This document shows positions 31,752 to 39,430 of a stretch of 64,000 bases of DNA, one piece after another. The position numbers and the translations under genes are program-made. Every line of letters begins with the position of its first letter. Position 1 is the stretch's first letter. Under the pieces are notes generated by a model. It saw nothing but the letters and a program-made list of their open reading frames with translations. It had not been told where the DNA came from and searched no databases. Source of the stretch: a virus; the IMG/VR virus record IMGVR_UViG_3300028829_004335, one strand, 5' to 3'.

Positions 31752-32266
31752 TGGGAACGCTCCAAGTATCAAATGTTCACCTAGAAAGCACTGCTAATAA
31801 TCGTATCGAGTATGCTGGTTCTAATACTGTAAATCTATATGTAGGTGGAACAAAAGTAATTGATAGTAATTCATCAACCTTTGCTATTACTGGAAATGTT
31901 GGTATTGGCAATACTGCACCTGCTCTTGATTTATATGTAAATGGATCTTCGGCAGGAGCTATTGGAACATTGACTGATGCTGCGAATGTTGCTGTAGATT
32001 TATCGACTTTCAACAATCATTCTATTACTCTTGGTGGAAATAGAAATATTGATAATCCAACAAATCTTCAACCTGGGCAATCAGGTGTTATTTTTGTAAC
32101 ACAAGATGGGTCTGGTTCACGAACATTATCTTGGAGTTCTTATTGGAAGTTTTCTGGTAATACTGCACCGGCACTTACTACTACTGGTGGTTCTGTTGAT
32201 GCAATTCTTTATGTGGTAAGAACAAGTACTTCTATTACAGCACAATCAGTATTAAATGTAGGATAA
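31751..32266 (+). CDS. Fibre-associated structural protein (paralog of 28801)
   Basis: GNVGIGNTAP...LTDAANVAVDLS...TLGGNRNIDNPTN...QDGSGSRTLSW. Confidence 0.75.
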   Translation: MGTLQVSNVHLESTANNRIEYAGSNTVNLYVGGTKVIDSNSSTFAITGNVGIGNTAPALDLYVNGSSAGAIGTLTDAANVAVDLSTFNNHSITLGGNRNIDNPTNLQPGQSGVIFVTQDGSGSRTLSWSSYWKFSGNTAPALTTTGGSVDAILYVVRTSTSITAQSVLNVG

Positions 32267-32272
32267 TATAAT

Positions 32273-34630
32273 ATGGGATTACCTAGTGAAATTATTACGG
32301 GTTTAATTGGATCATCTGGCTATAGCGGGTATTCGCCAACCGGCAGCGGCGGCTTTTATGGCTCGCCCTATATTTACGGCACACTCGGCGCGTCTCCAGA
32401 TGACAAGAAAGTCACGATATCATTTTGCGTAAAAAACCATGATGTTGATTACGGTGTTTACGGAAATTTCATGGGTTTTCATTCCGGCTCGAAATACGGG
32501 CTTCTTGGATACGATGGAACGGATAATAGGTTTCGGCTATCTGAGCTAAACGCCACAACAACCAGCCTAGTATCGACCGCTATGCACCGCGATCCCGGCG
32601 CATTCACGCATTGGGTTTGCATTGGCGACACAACCGAAGCAACAGACAGTGACCGATGGAAGATCTATAAAAACGGCGTTCGGATTACTGAATGGGACAC
32701 GTCAACTTGGCCAGCGTTGAATTCGTCGCTGTTCTTCGGATCAGCCATCAAGCATACCATTGGCACGGGACAGGACAGTACGGGCGGTGCTTACTATCCA
32801 GGTAATGCGGACCTATCAGATGTTCACATTATCCAAGGCCAAGCTTTGGATGTGACGGACTTTGGGGAATTCTACAATGGTGGGGATGCATGGCGTCTGA
32901 TCACGCCTAATGTTACCTACGGCTCAAATGACGTATTTTTCAATTTCGAAAACGCTTCAGATCTAGGCGAGGATTCGTCAGGTGGAAGCAATGATTTTAC
33001 CGTGTCAGGCTCACCAGTTCAGAGCAGCGACAGCCCAGCCAGCAATTACTGCACTTGGAACGTGCTAAAGCCAACCATTCACCCACTAACAGACGGCAAC
33101 CGCACGATTGATGCTGGCTCTGCATATTACACAACAGCCGGGACCGTTGGAATTGAACCGGGTGAAGATAAATATTTCGAGCTAGAATGGAACGGTTTCA
33201 CTGGCGCATCTGGTTATGGCTTCTTCGGTGTGTGCACGGAATCGTGTGCAGTATCGACTGCAAACGATAGCGATCCTCCTGGATCGTATGGCGCAAGCAA
33301 TCACGGCACTAAGAACGAAGACGGCACCACGTCGGCAAGTCATTACAGTTGGTCAAGCACTCCTGATGGAACGGTTTATGGATTCCAAGTCGATCGAATA
33401 AACAACGTTCTGAAGGTTTGGCGAGATGGAACATACGAAAGCGGCAAGGATTTAACCATTCCCTCTGATGGGACGCTTTTTCCGCATTGCGTTTGCTACG
33501 CGCCTGCAGAAGTGACGATTGACTGCGGCCAAGCAGGATTCCAATACACGCAACCAGCTGACACGACCGAGATTAAAGCGAGCGCTATTCCAGAAGCAAC
33601 GGGCGCGGCACTCAACCCCGGCGAGTACTTTAATGCTGTTGCTTATACTGGTGATGGAACTGCTATAGGCAGTGGGGGCAAGTCAATAACAGGTGTTGGT
33701 TTCCAGAGCGACTTCACGTGGATTAAAAACCGTGATGCTGCCGACAGCCATATGCTGTTCGATGTGCTTCGTGGTTCCACGAAGGTTCTGCATAGTGACA
33801 GCACAGCAGCAGAGACAACAGAGACTGAAACGCTCGACAGTTTTGATAGCGATGGTTTCACGCTTGGTAGCGATGTTGAGGTCAACACCAACACAGAAAA
33901 TTACATCAGCTGGAACTGGAAAGCTGGTGGAGCTGGTGTTGTTAATACAGATGGGACTATAAGCAGCACAGTATCAGTCAATGATGATGCTGGGTTCTCA
34001 ATAGCTACGTGGTCTTCGCCGTTATCAGCTACTACGATCGGGCACGGACTAAGTGCGGCACCGGAGCTTATCATTGCCCGTGAATATGATGGCGTTATGT
34101 CCTGGCGCGTCTATCACGAAGAAACGGGCAACGCCACCTATTTATTGCTAAACACAACGGCTGCCACTTTTGCCACTACAGACTGGAATTCGACAGATCC
34201 AACGAGCACAGTCTTTTCAGTATCGAACAGGTTTAATACTGCTGGAAACTATCTGGCCTACTGTTTCCGCTCGATACCAGGTTACAGCAAGGTGTTTTCG
34301 TACACTGGCAATGGGTCAGCTGATGGGCCTTTTATTTGGCTCGGATTTAAGCCTCGGTTTATACTCTATAAAGAAAGTAGCTCAACCGGATCTTGGATGC
34401 TTCGTGATATAGTTCGGAGTGAATATAATGTTATCAACGATTCATTATTTGCTGATCAGAGCACTGCTGAGGCAGCAAGCACGAATTACAGCATAGACGT
34501 GTTATCCAATGGCTGGAAAATCAGAAATTTGGGAAGCGATACAAATACGAGCGGTCAAACATACGTCGGAATAGCCTTTGCTGAATGGCCGTTCGGCGGT
34601 TCAAACCTACCACTAGGATTAGCACGATAG
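32273..34630 (+). CDS. Concanavalin-A/SPRY-like lectin-domain virion protein on a high-GC island
   Basis: LamG-like WTHWV..GDTT...IYKNGVR; SPRY-like KYFELEW...GFQVDR; C-terminal AYTGDG...GFQSDFTWIKNR...WNWKAGG...CFRSIPGYSK..SYTGNG domain common in marine phage proteins. Confidence 0.7.
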   Translation: MGLPSEIITGLIGSSGYSGYSPTGSGGFYGSPYIYGTLGASPDDKKVTISFCVKNHDVDYGVYGNFMGFHSGSKYGLLGYDGTDNRFRLSELNATTTSLVSTAMHRDPGAFTHWVCIGDTTEATDSDRWKIYKNGVRITEWDTSTWPALNSSLFFGSAIKHTIGTGQDSTGGAYYPGNADLSDVHIIQGQALDVTDFGEFYNGGDAWRLITPNVTYGSNDVFFNFENASDLGEDSSGGSNDFTVSGSPVQSSDSPASNYCTWNVLKPTIHPLTDGNRTIDAGSAYYTTAGTVGIEPGEDKYFELEWNGFTGASGYGFFGVCTESCAVSTANDSDPPGSYGASNHGTKNEDGTTSASHYSWSSTPDGTVYGFQVDRINNVLKVWRDGTYESGKDLTIPSDGTLFPHCVCYAPAEVTIDCGQAGFQYTQPADTTEIKASAIPEATGAALNPGEYFNAVAYTGDGTAIGSGGKSITGVGFQSDFTWIKNRDAADSHMLFDVLRGSTKVLHSDSTAAETTETETLDSFDSDGFTLGSDVEVNTNTENYISWNWKAGGAGVVNTDGTISSTVSVNDDAGFSIATWSSPLSATTIGHGLSAAPELIIAREYDGVMSWRVYHEETGNATYLLLNTTAATFATTDWNSTDPTSTVFSVSNRFNTAGNYLAYCFRSIPGYSKVFSYTGNGSADGPFIWLGFKPRFILYKESSSTGSWMLRDIVRSEYNVINDSLFADQSTAEAASTNYSIDVLSNGWKIRNLGSDTNTSGQTYVGIAFAEWPFGGSNLPLGLAR

Positions 34631-34639
34631 GAGTGATAT

Positions 34640-34861
34640 ATGACAGAAAACTATGACAATTTTTTAAGTGAACTTGGTTATAAACGCAAACCAAAATCAT
34701 TTCAAGTAAAGAAAACCAAAAAGAAAATTGATGTAAAAACTCCTGATGAATCAATTACATTTTTTGAAAATGGTGAATGGGAATTCACAATTAAAGGTAC
34801 ATCAATTAAATCAAAATATCCACTAGGTATGCGTCAATTGAAAGAACATTTGATAAAATAA
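34640..34861 (+). CDS. Hypothetical protein
   Basis: 73-aa ORF with AGGAG Shine-Dalgarno. Confidence 0.6.
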   Translation: MTENYDNFLSELGYKRKPKSFQVKKTKKKIDVKTPDESITFFENGEWEFTIKGTSIKSKYPLGMRQLKEHLIK

Positions 34862-34862
34862 T

Positions 34863-35138
34863 ATGAAATGGATAGTCTTCTTTTTTAAAGCATTTCTTTA
34901 TTGGTTATGGAATATATTGATAGCAGTAGATCAATTATTTGCTGCTATTATTGGTATAGATCCTGATGAAACTTTATCATCATTTTTTGCGAAAAGAGCA
35001 AAAAAAGGATATTATATATCTATTCTCATAACAAATTTTCTCAATTTTGTAGACCCAGGACATTCAGAAAAATATACAGAACACGATGAAGGTTCTAAAT
35101 CTCTTTGGGTCTGGATAAAAAATAACAAACCAAAATAA
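34863..35138 (+). CDS. Small phage membrane protein
   Basis: Hydrophobic N-terminus; LIAVDQL.A.IIG.DPDETLSS...DPGH motif. Confidence 0.65.
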   Translation: MKWIVFFFKAFLYWLWNILIAVDQLFAAIIGIDPDETLSSFFAKRAKKGYYISILITNFLNFVDPGHSEKYTEHDEGSKSLWVWIKNNKPK

Positions 35139-35145
35139 CATTTTT

Positions 35146-35172
35146 CATAAATACTTCTATATAGGAGTATTT
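35146..35172 (+). promoter_or_regulatory. Late promoter variant (CATAAATA) overlapping an RBS-sequestering hairpin
   Basis: AAATACTTCT-ATAT-AGGAGTATTT: 10-bp stem (one G-U) containing the AGGAG of the gene at 35176. Confidence 0.7.
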
Positions 35173-35175
35173 TCT

Positions 35176-35454
35176 ATGCAAGAACAAATTCTAGATCCAA
35201 AACTTTCAGATTACGAGAAAACATTTTTTCATTCTAAATGGAGACCAGCACTTGCTTGGTCTTATCTTTTTGTAATACTTATGGATTTTGTTTTTCTCCC
35301 CATCATATTTATTTCTTTAGGTGCAGATGCAAATACTTTTAATTGGGAACCACTAACATTAAAAGGTTCAGGTATTTACCATGTTTCTATGTTAACCATT
35401 GTTGGTGTGACTGCATATGGAAGAACAAAAGAAAAACTGGAAAGAAATTTATAA
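35176..35454 (+). CDS. Putative holin (GTA 3TM holin-like)
   Basis: KWRPALAW followed by TM segments and GVTAYGRTKEK. Confidence 0.7.
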   Translation: MQEQILDPKLSDYEKTFFHSKWRPALAWSYLFVILMDFVFLPIIFISLGADANTFNWEPLTLKGSGIYHVSMLTIVGVTAYGRTKEKLERNL

Positions 35455-35457
35455 ATA
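35450..35457 (+). promoter_or_regulatory. Late promoter
   Basis: Exact TATAAATA followed by GGAG and the ATG at 35468. Confidence 0.55.
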
Positions 35458-35467
35458 GGAGTGTTGT

Positions 35468-35941
35468 ATGATTGGCATTATTTCTGCTGTTGTTGGTTTG
35501 CTTACATCAGCAATACCTAGTTTAGTAAAAATATTAGAGAAAAGACAAGAGAGTGGTCATGAAATAAAATTGATGGAGATGAGAATTGAAGCAGCATCTA
35601 AAGGAGTGGATATTCAACGCTATATTGAAGACACTAAAGCTGATATCGAAGAAGGAAAATCTGTTCGACAGCATGATGCTCTTGTTACTGGTGATGGCTG
35701 GATATTCACATTACGAACTGCTGTTAGACCTGTTTTAACTTTTCTATTCTTTTTTCTATTTCTTATTATTAAATTAGTTGCAGTTTTTGCTATGTTACAA
35801 CAAGGTGCACCTGTTGTTGAGATATTAGATGCAGTTTGGGATGAATATACAGTTGCTATTTTTGGTTCTATCATTGGATTCTGGTTTGGTCATAGAGCAT
35901 TTCTACATATACTTGGAAAAGAGAACAATAAAATTTTGTAA
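35468..35941 (+). CDS. Putative holin-like membrane protein (3TM holin-related)
   Basis: N-terminal TM, coiled segment, LRTAVRPVLT plus TM, IIGFWFGHR. Confidence 0.65.
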   Translation: MIGIISAVVGLLTSAIPSLVKILEKRQESGHEIKLMEMRIEAASKGVDIQRYIEDTKADIEEGKSVRQHDALVTGDGWIFTLRTAVRPVLTFLFFFLFLIIKLVAVFAMLQQGAPVVEILDAVWDEYTVAIFGSIIGFWFGHRAFLHILGKENNKIL

Positions 35942-35954
35942 ATAGGAGATAAAA

Positions 35955-36086
35955 ATGACTTCTTTTGTTTTAGGTTTAGTCGTAGGTCTTATTGTAGGTT
36001 GGAATTTTCTACCACAACCACAATGGGTAAAAAATTTGGTAGATAAAGTTGTTGCTAAAGTGAAAGAAAAAATGAATAGATCTTAG
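35955..36086 (+). CDS. 43-aa membrane microprotein (missed by the ORF track)
   Basis: MTSFVLGLVVGLIVGWNFLPQPQWVKNLVDKVVAKVKEKMNRS; AGGAG 6 nt upstream; fills the gap between genes. Confidence 0.75.
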   Translation: MTSFVLGLVVGLIVGWNFLPQPQWVKNLVDKVVAKVKEKMNRS

Positions 36087-36096
36087 AGGTATTATT

Positions 36097-36402
36097 ATGA
36101 ATTATTTTAGTTTACTTTTTCATATGTTTGTTTCTTCTTTCTCCAAAAAGAAAGATATAAATAAACAAGTAGAGATGGATTTTGAAAAAGAAGAAGAAGT
36201 AAAAGAAGAAGAACCAGAAAAAGAAATTATTAATGTGAAAAGAGTTACAGGTCATAATGTAACTTATATCATACCAGATGATATGAAAAGAATGAAAGTA
36301 AGACTTCTTGAAAGAAATGGTAAGTATAAAACAGAATATACTTTAACAGATTATTTGGATATTAAATCAGGTGAAAGATTTCAAATAATCATAGAAAGGT
36401 AA
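36097..36402 (+). CDS. Hypothetical protein
   Basis: GAGG Shine-Dalgarno; acidic middle segment; directly upstream of gp13. Confidence 0.55.
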   Translation: MNYFSLLFHMFVSSFSKKKDINKQVEMDFEKEEEVKEEEPEKEIINVKRVTGHNVTYIIPDDMKRMKVRLLERNGKYKTEYTLTDYLDIKSGERFQIIIER

Positions 36403-36405
36403 GAA

Positions 36406-37146
36406 ATGGCTCTACCAACAACAAGAGCAGAATTCAAAGAGTTTTGTTTAAGAAAACTCGGCAAACCTGTTATTGAAATCAATGTTGATGATGACCAGGT
36501 GGAAGACCGTATAGACGAGGCACTAAAATATTATTATGATTATCACTTTGATGGTTCCTCAAAGATATTTTACAAGCATCAAATAACACAAACAGATAAA
36601 GATAACAAGTATATCACAGTTCCAGAAAATATTATTGGTGTTATTAACATCTTTGACTTAGGTTCTGCTCTTGGAACAAACAATCTATTTAACATTCGTT
36701 ATCAGATTGCTTTGAATGACCTTTATACTCTTACCTCTGTTTCTATGGTTCCATATTTTATGGCAATTCAACATATACAATTTCTAGAATATCTTTTGGT
36801 TGGTAAACAACCTATTCGTTACAATCGCCATGTAAATAAACTCCATGTTGATATGGATTGGGATAGATTTAATGTTGGGGATTATCTTTTAGCAGAAGCA
36901 TATCAAGTTGTAGATCCAGATACTTATACAGATGCTTGGGCGGATAGATGGTTGGGTAGATATGCTCAATGTCTTATTAAACAACAATGGGGCGAGAATC
37001 TTAAAAAGTTTGAAGGTATGCAAATGCCTGGAGGTTTGAAGTTTAATGGACAACAGATTTACAATGAAGCAATTGCTGAAAGAGAAAATTTAGAAAGAGA
37101 AATGATATCTACATATTCACTTCCTGTGACAGATATGATCGGATGA
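36406..37146 (+). CDS. gp13: Neck protein
   Basis: FCLRKLGKPVIEINVDDDQVEDRIDEAL...WLGRYAQCLIKQQWGENLKKF.GMQMPGG..FNG. Confidence 0.95.
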   Translation: MALPTTRAEFKEFCLRKLGKPVIEINVDDDQVEDRIDEALKYYYDYHFDGSSKIFYKHQITQTDKDNKYITVPENIIGVINIFDLGSALGTNNLFNIRYQIALNDLYTLTSVSMVPYFMAIQHIQFLEYLLVGKQPIRYNRHVNKLHVDMDWDRFNVGDYLLAEAYQVVDPDTYTDAWADRWLGRYAQCLIKQQWGENLKKFEGMQMPGGLKFNGQQIYNEAIAERENLEREMISTYSLPVTDMIG

Positions 37147-37160
37147 TGCACTCGTTTTTA

Positions 37161-37168
37161 TATAAATA
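37161..37168 (+). promoter_or_regulatory. Late promoter downstream of gp13
   Basis: Exact TATAAATA, intergenic. Confidence 0.7.
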
Positions 37169-37177
37169 CTCCTAATA

Positions 37178-37206
37178 TTGACAAATATATAGAAATATTA
37201 TATAGT
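37178..37206 (+). promoter_or_regulatory. Sigma70-type promoter upstream of the homing endonuclease
   Basis: TTGACA (37178-37183), 17-nt spacer, TATAGT (37201-37206). Confidence 0.65.
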
Positions 37207-37243
37207 ATTGTGATTGTTTATAAAGAAATTATAGGAGTAAAAT

Positions 37244-37945
37244 ATGGAAAAGTATGGGTTTGTTTATATCTGGTATGATAAAAAAAGAAAAATGTATTAT
37301 ATAGGTTCTCATTGGGGAACAGAAGATGATGGTTATATTTGTTCATCAAACAGAATGAGGGATGCTTATAGAAGAAGACCTAAAGATTTTAGAAGACGGA
37401 TATTAAAAAGAGTTTATACATCTAGACAAGATCTGTTAATAGAAGAAGATTCTTTATTGAAAAAAATAAAACCAGAAGAAATAAAAATAAAATATTATAA
37501 CATAATGTTAACAACTATAAAAGACGACTGGCATTCTTGTCCTTTAAAAAATAAAAACAGAAGACAGATTATTTCTGAACGAACAAAAGAGGCAATGAAT
37601 AAACCTGAAATTCGTGAAAAATATGAAAAAGGTCTATCTAAAAGAAACACTCGTTCTTCTGACCCAGAAGTAAGAGAAAAAAGAAGAAAATCTATGCTGG
37701 GTAAAAATAAAGTTAAGACTGATAAACAACTTGAAGCAGCAAGAAATGCTGCTAAAAAAAGAATAGGTGTTCCTTTATCGAAAGAACATAAAGAAAAAAT
37801 AAAAAATACAACACATTTTAAAACTCTAAATACTCTAAAACTAAAATGCAAATATTGTGATTTTGTTGGAAATAAAGGAAATTTAGCAAGATATCACAAT
37901 GAAAAATGTAAGCACAATAAAGAGAAATTAAATGTTATCATTTAA
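37244..37945 (+). mobile_element. Free-standing GIY-YIG (Seg-like) homing endonuclease
   Basis: GFVYIWYDKKRKMYYIGSHWGTEDDGYICSS...FRRRIL...YYNI; NUMOD3-like LSKEHKEKI; C-terminal CKYC...H..KCKH. Confidence 0.88.
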
Positions 37946-38711
37946 GCAATTCATAAGTGAAGAAATTGATCTGGAAAGACGTAAAGAATCAAAAAATAGG
38001 GCCAGATCTGCATACATGAATAGGCAAGCAAAACCTCATCCTGATATTTTAGATCATTATAATAATTGGAGAGCAAGCACTCCATCCGAAAAAGAAAAAT
38101 CAGGCATAAGAACATTAAATGATTATCATACATCTATTCAAAATGTCCCTGAAGGTCATCCTTTGCATGTCCATAGAATACCAATAAAAGATTCTTATAA
38201 AAGAATGGACGGGGTTGTTCCTTTTGGTAGAGCACCTAAAAAAGAAGTCACACCAAGACCCCCACCGTTTCCTCATAAAGAAGATTGGGTAAAAAATGCA
38301 TTACAAAGACATGATACTACTTCTAGGCCAACACTAGAGGGTTATAGAGTGGCTATGAATTCCCATGAAGGAAATACTAATGAACTAGAAGCTAATAAAA
38401 GAGATGTTTTAAGAGCAATTAAACATCATGGTATAGAATGGCCAAAACAAGATGCTACAGCAAAAGCATTTCAAAGTGATACTGGTGGTCAAGGAGAAAC
38501 AGGTGTAGATGATAAAACAGCAAAAACACCAAAACCAAAAACACCAAAACCACAAAAAGAACCTAGAGAACTATTAGATCGTGATTCTTTAGCACAGGAA
38601 ATAGCTAAAAAGAAATTACAAGGATATTCTCATAGGGATATTGCTAAAGAACTAAAAATATCTGCCGGTACAGTTTCAAAAATACATAACAGTAAGAGTT
38701 CTAATGTATGA
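37932..38711 (+). CDS. Hypothetical protein with C-terminal helix-turn-helix
   Basis: GYSHRDIAKELKISAGTVSKIH; N-terminal MLSFKQFISEE; KTPKP linker. Confidence 0.65.
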   Translation: MLSFKQFISEEIDLERRKESKNRARSAYMNRQAKPHPDILDHYNNWRASTPSEKEKSGIRTLNDYHTSIQNVPEGHPLHVHRIPIKDSYKRMDGVVPFGRAPKKEVTPRPPPFPHKEDWVKNALQRHDTTSRPTLEGYRVAMNSHEGNTNELEANKRDVLRAIKHHGIEWPKQDATAKAFQSDTGGQGETGVDDKTAKTPKPKTPKPQKEPRELLDRDSLAQEIAKKKLQGYSHRDIAKELKISAGTVSKIHNSKSSNV

Positions 38712-39430
38712 CAACTAATTTTTTCTTCAACAATTTTAACTCTTCACAGGAACAATTGTTACTAGAAAATTTAGTAATTGAGTCCATAAAGATTTATGGA
38801 CACGATGTATATTATATTCCTATTACTAGAACATCTTATGATGACATCTACGGTGAAGACGATCAAGCAGCATATAATTCAGCACATTTTATGGAAATGT
38901 ATATTAAATCCATAGATGGATTTTCTGGTGATGGTGAATTTATGTCAAGGTTTGGTATAGAAATACGAAACCAAGTTGTTTTTTCTATGGCACAAAGAAT
39001 ATTTTCACAAGAAGTTGGAACATTTACAGATCAGGTAAGACCTAATGAAGGAGACCTGATTTATTTTCCTTTGAATGATAGATGTTTTGAAATTAAATTT
39101 GTAAACAAATATGAAATGTTTTATCAGTTAGGAGCATTACAAACTTGGGAAGTTACTTGTGAATTATTTGAATATTCAAATGAAACATTCAATACAGGTA
39201 TTCCTGAAATTGATATTATTCAATCAAAGTTCTCTATGAATGCACTTGATTTCTCTATAAAAGATGAAGTAGATGATTATCTTGTTACAGAAGATTCGGA
39301 ATATATTATTCTTGAAGGAAAAGCAGTTGATGATTTGATTCCAGCAGATGATAGTGATGAAATACAACAAGAATCAGATAACATAGTTCTTTTCTCATCA
39401 GAAGATCCTTTCAGTGAAGGAAATATTTAA
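38708..39430 (+). CDS. gp14: Neck protein
   Basis: EQLLLENLVIESIKIYGHDVYYIP...EMYIKSIDGF...RPNEGDLIYFPL...CELFEYSNE. Confidence 0.95.
   Translation: MTTNFFFNNFNSSQEQLLLENLVIESIKIYGHDVYYIPITRTSYDDIYGEDDQAAYNSAHFMEMYIKSIDGFSGDGEFMSRFGIEIRNQVVFSMAQRIFSQEVGTFTDQVRPNEGDLIYFPLNDRCFEIKFVNKYEMFYQLGALQTWEVTCELFEYSNETFNTGIPEIDIIQSKFSMNALDFSIKDEVDDYLVTEDSEYIILEGKAVDDLIPADDSDEIQQESDNIVLFSSEDPFSEGNI

Noticed and set aside
24070-34630. Diversity-generating retroelement or invertase shufflon in the fibre region
   Set aside because: No reverse transcriptase, recombinase, TR/VR pair or inverted crossover sites seen; paralogs are diverged at DNA level.
36156-36163. TATAAATA inside the 36097 ORF
   Set aside because: Could serve gp13, but it is 240 nt upstream and chance matches are likely in DNA this AT-rich.
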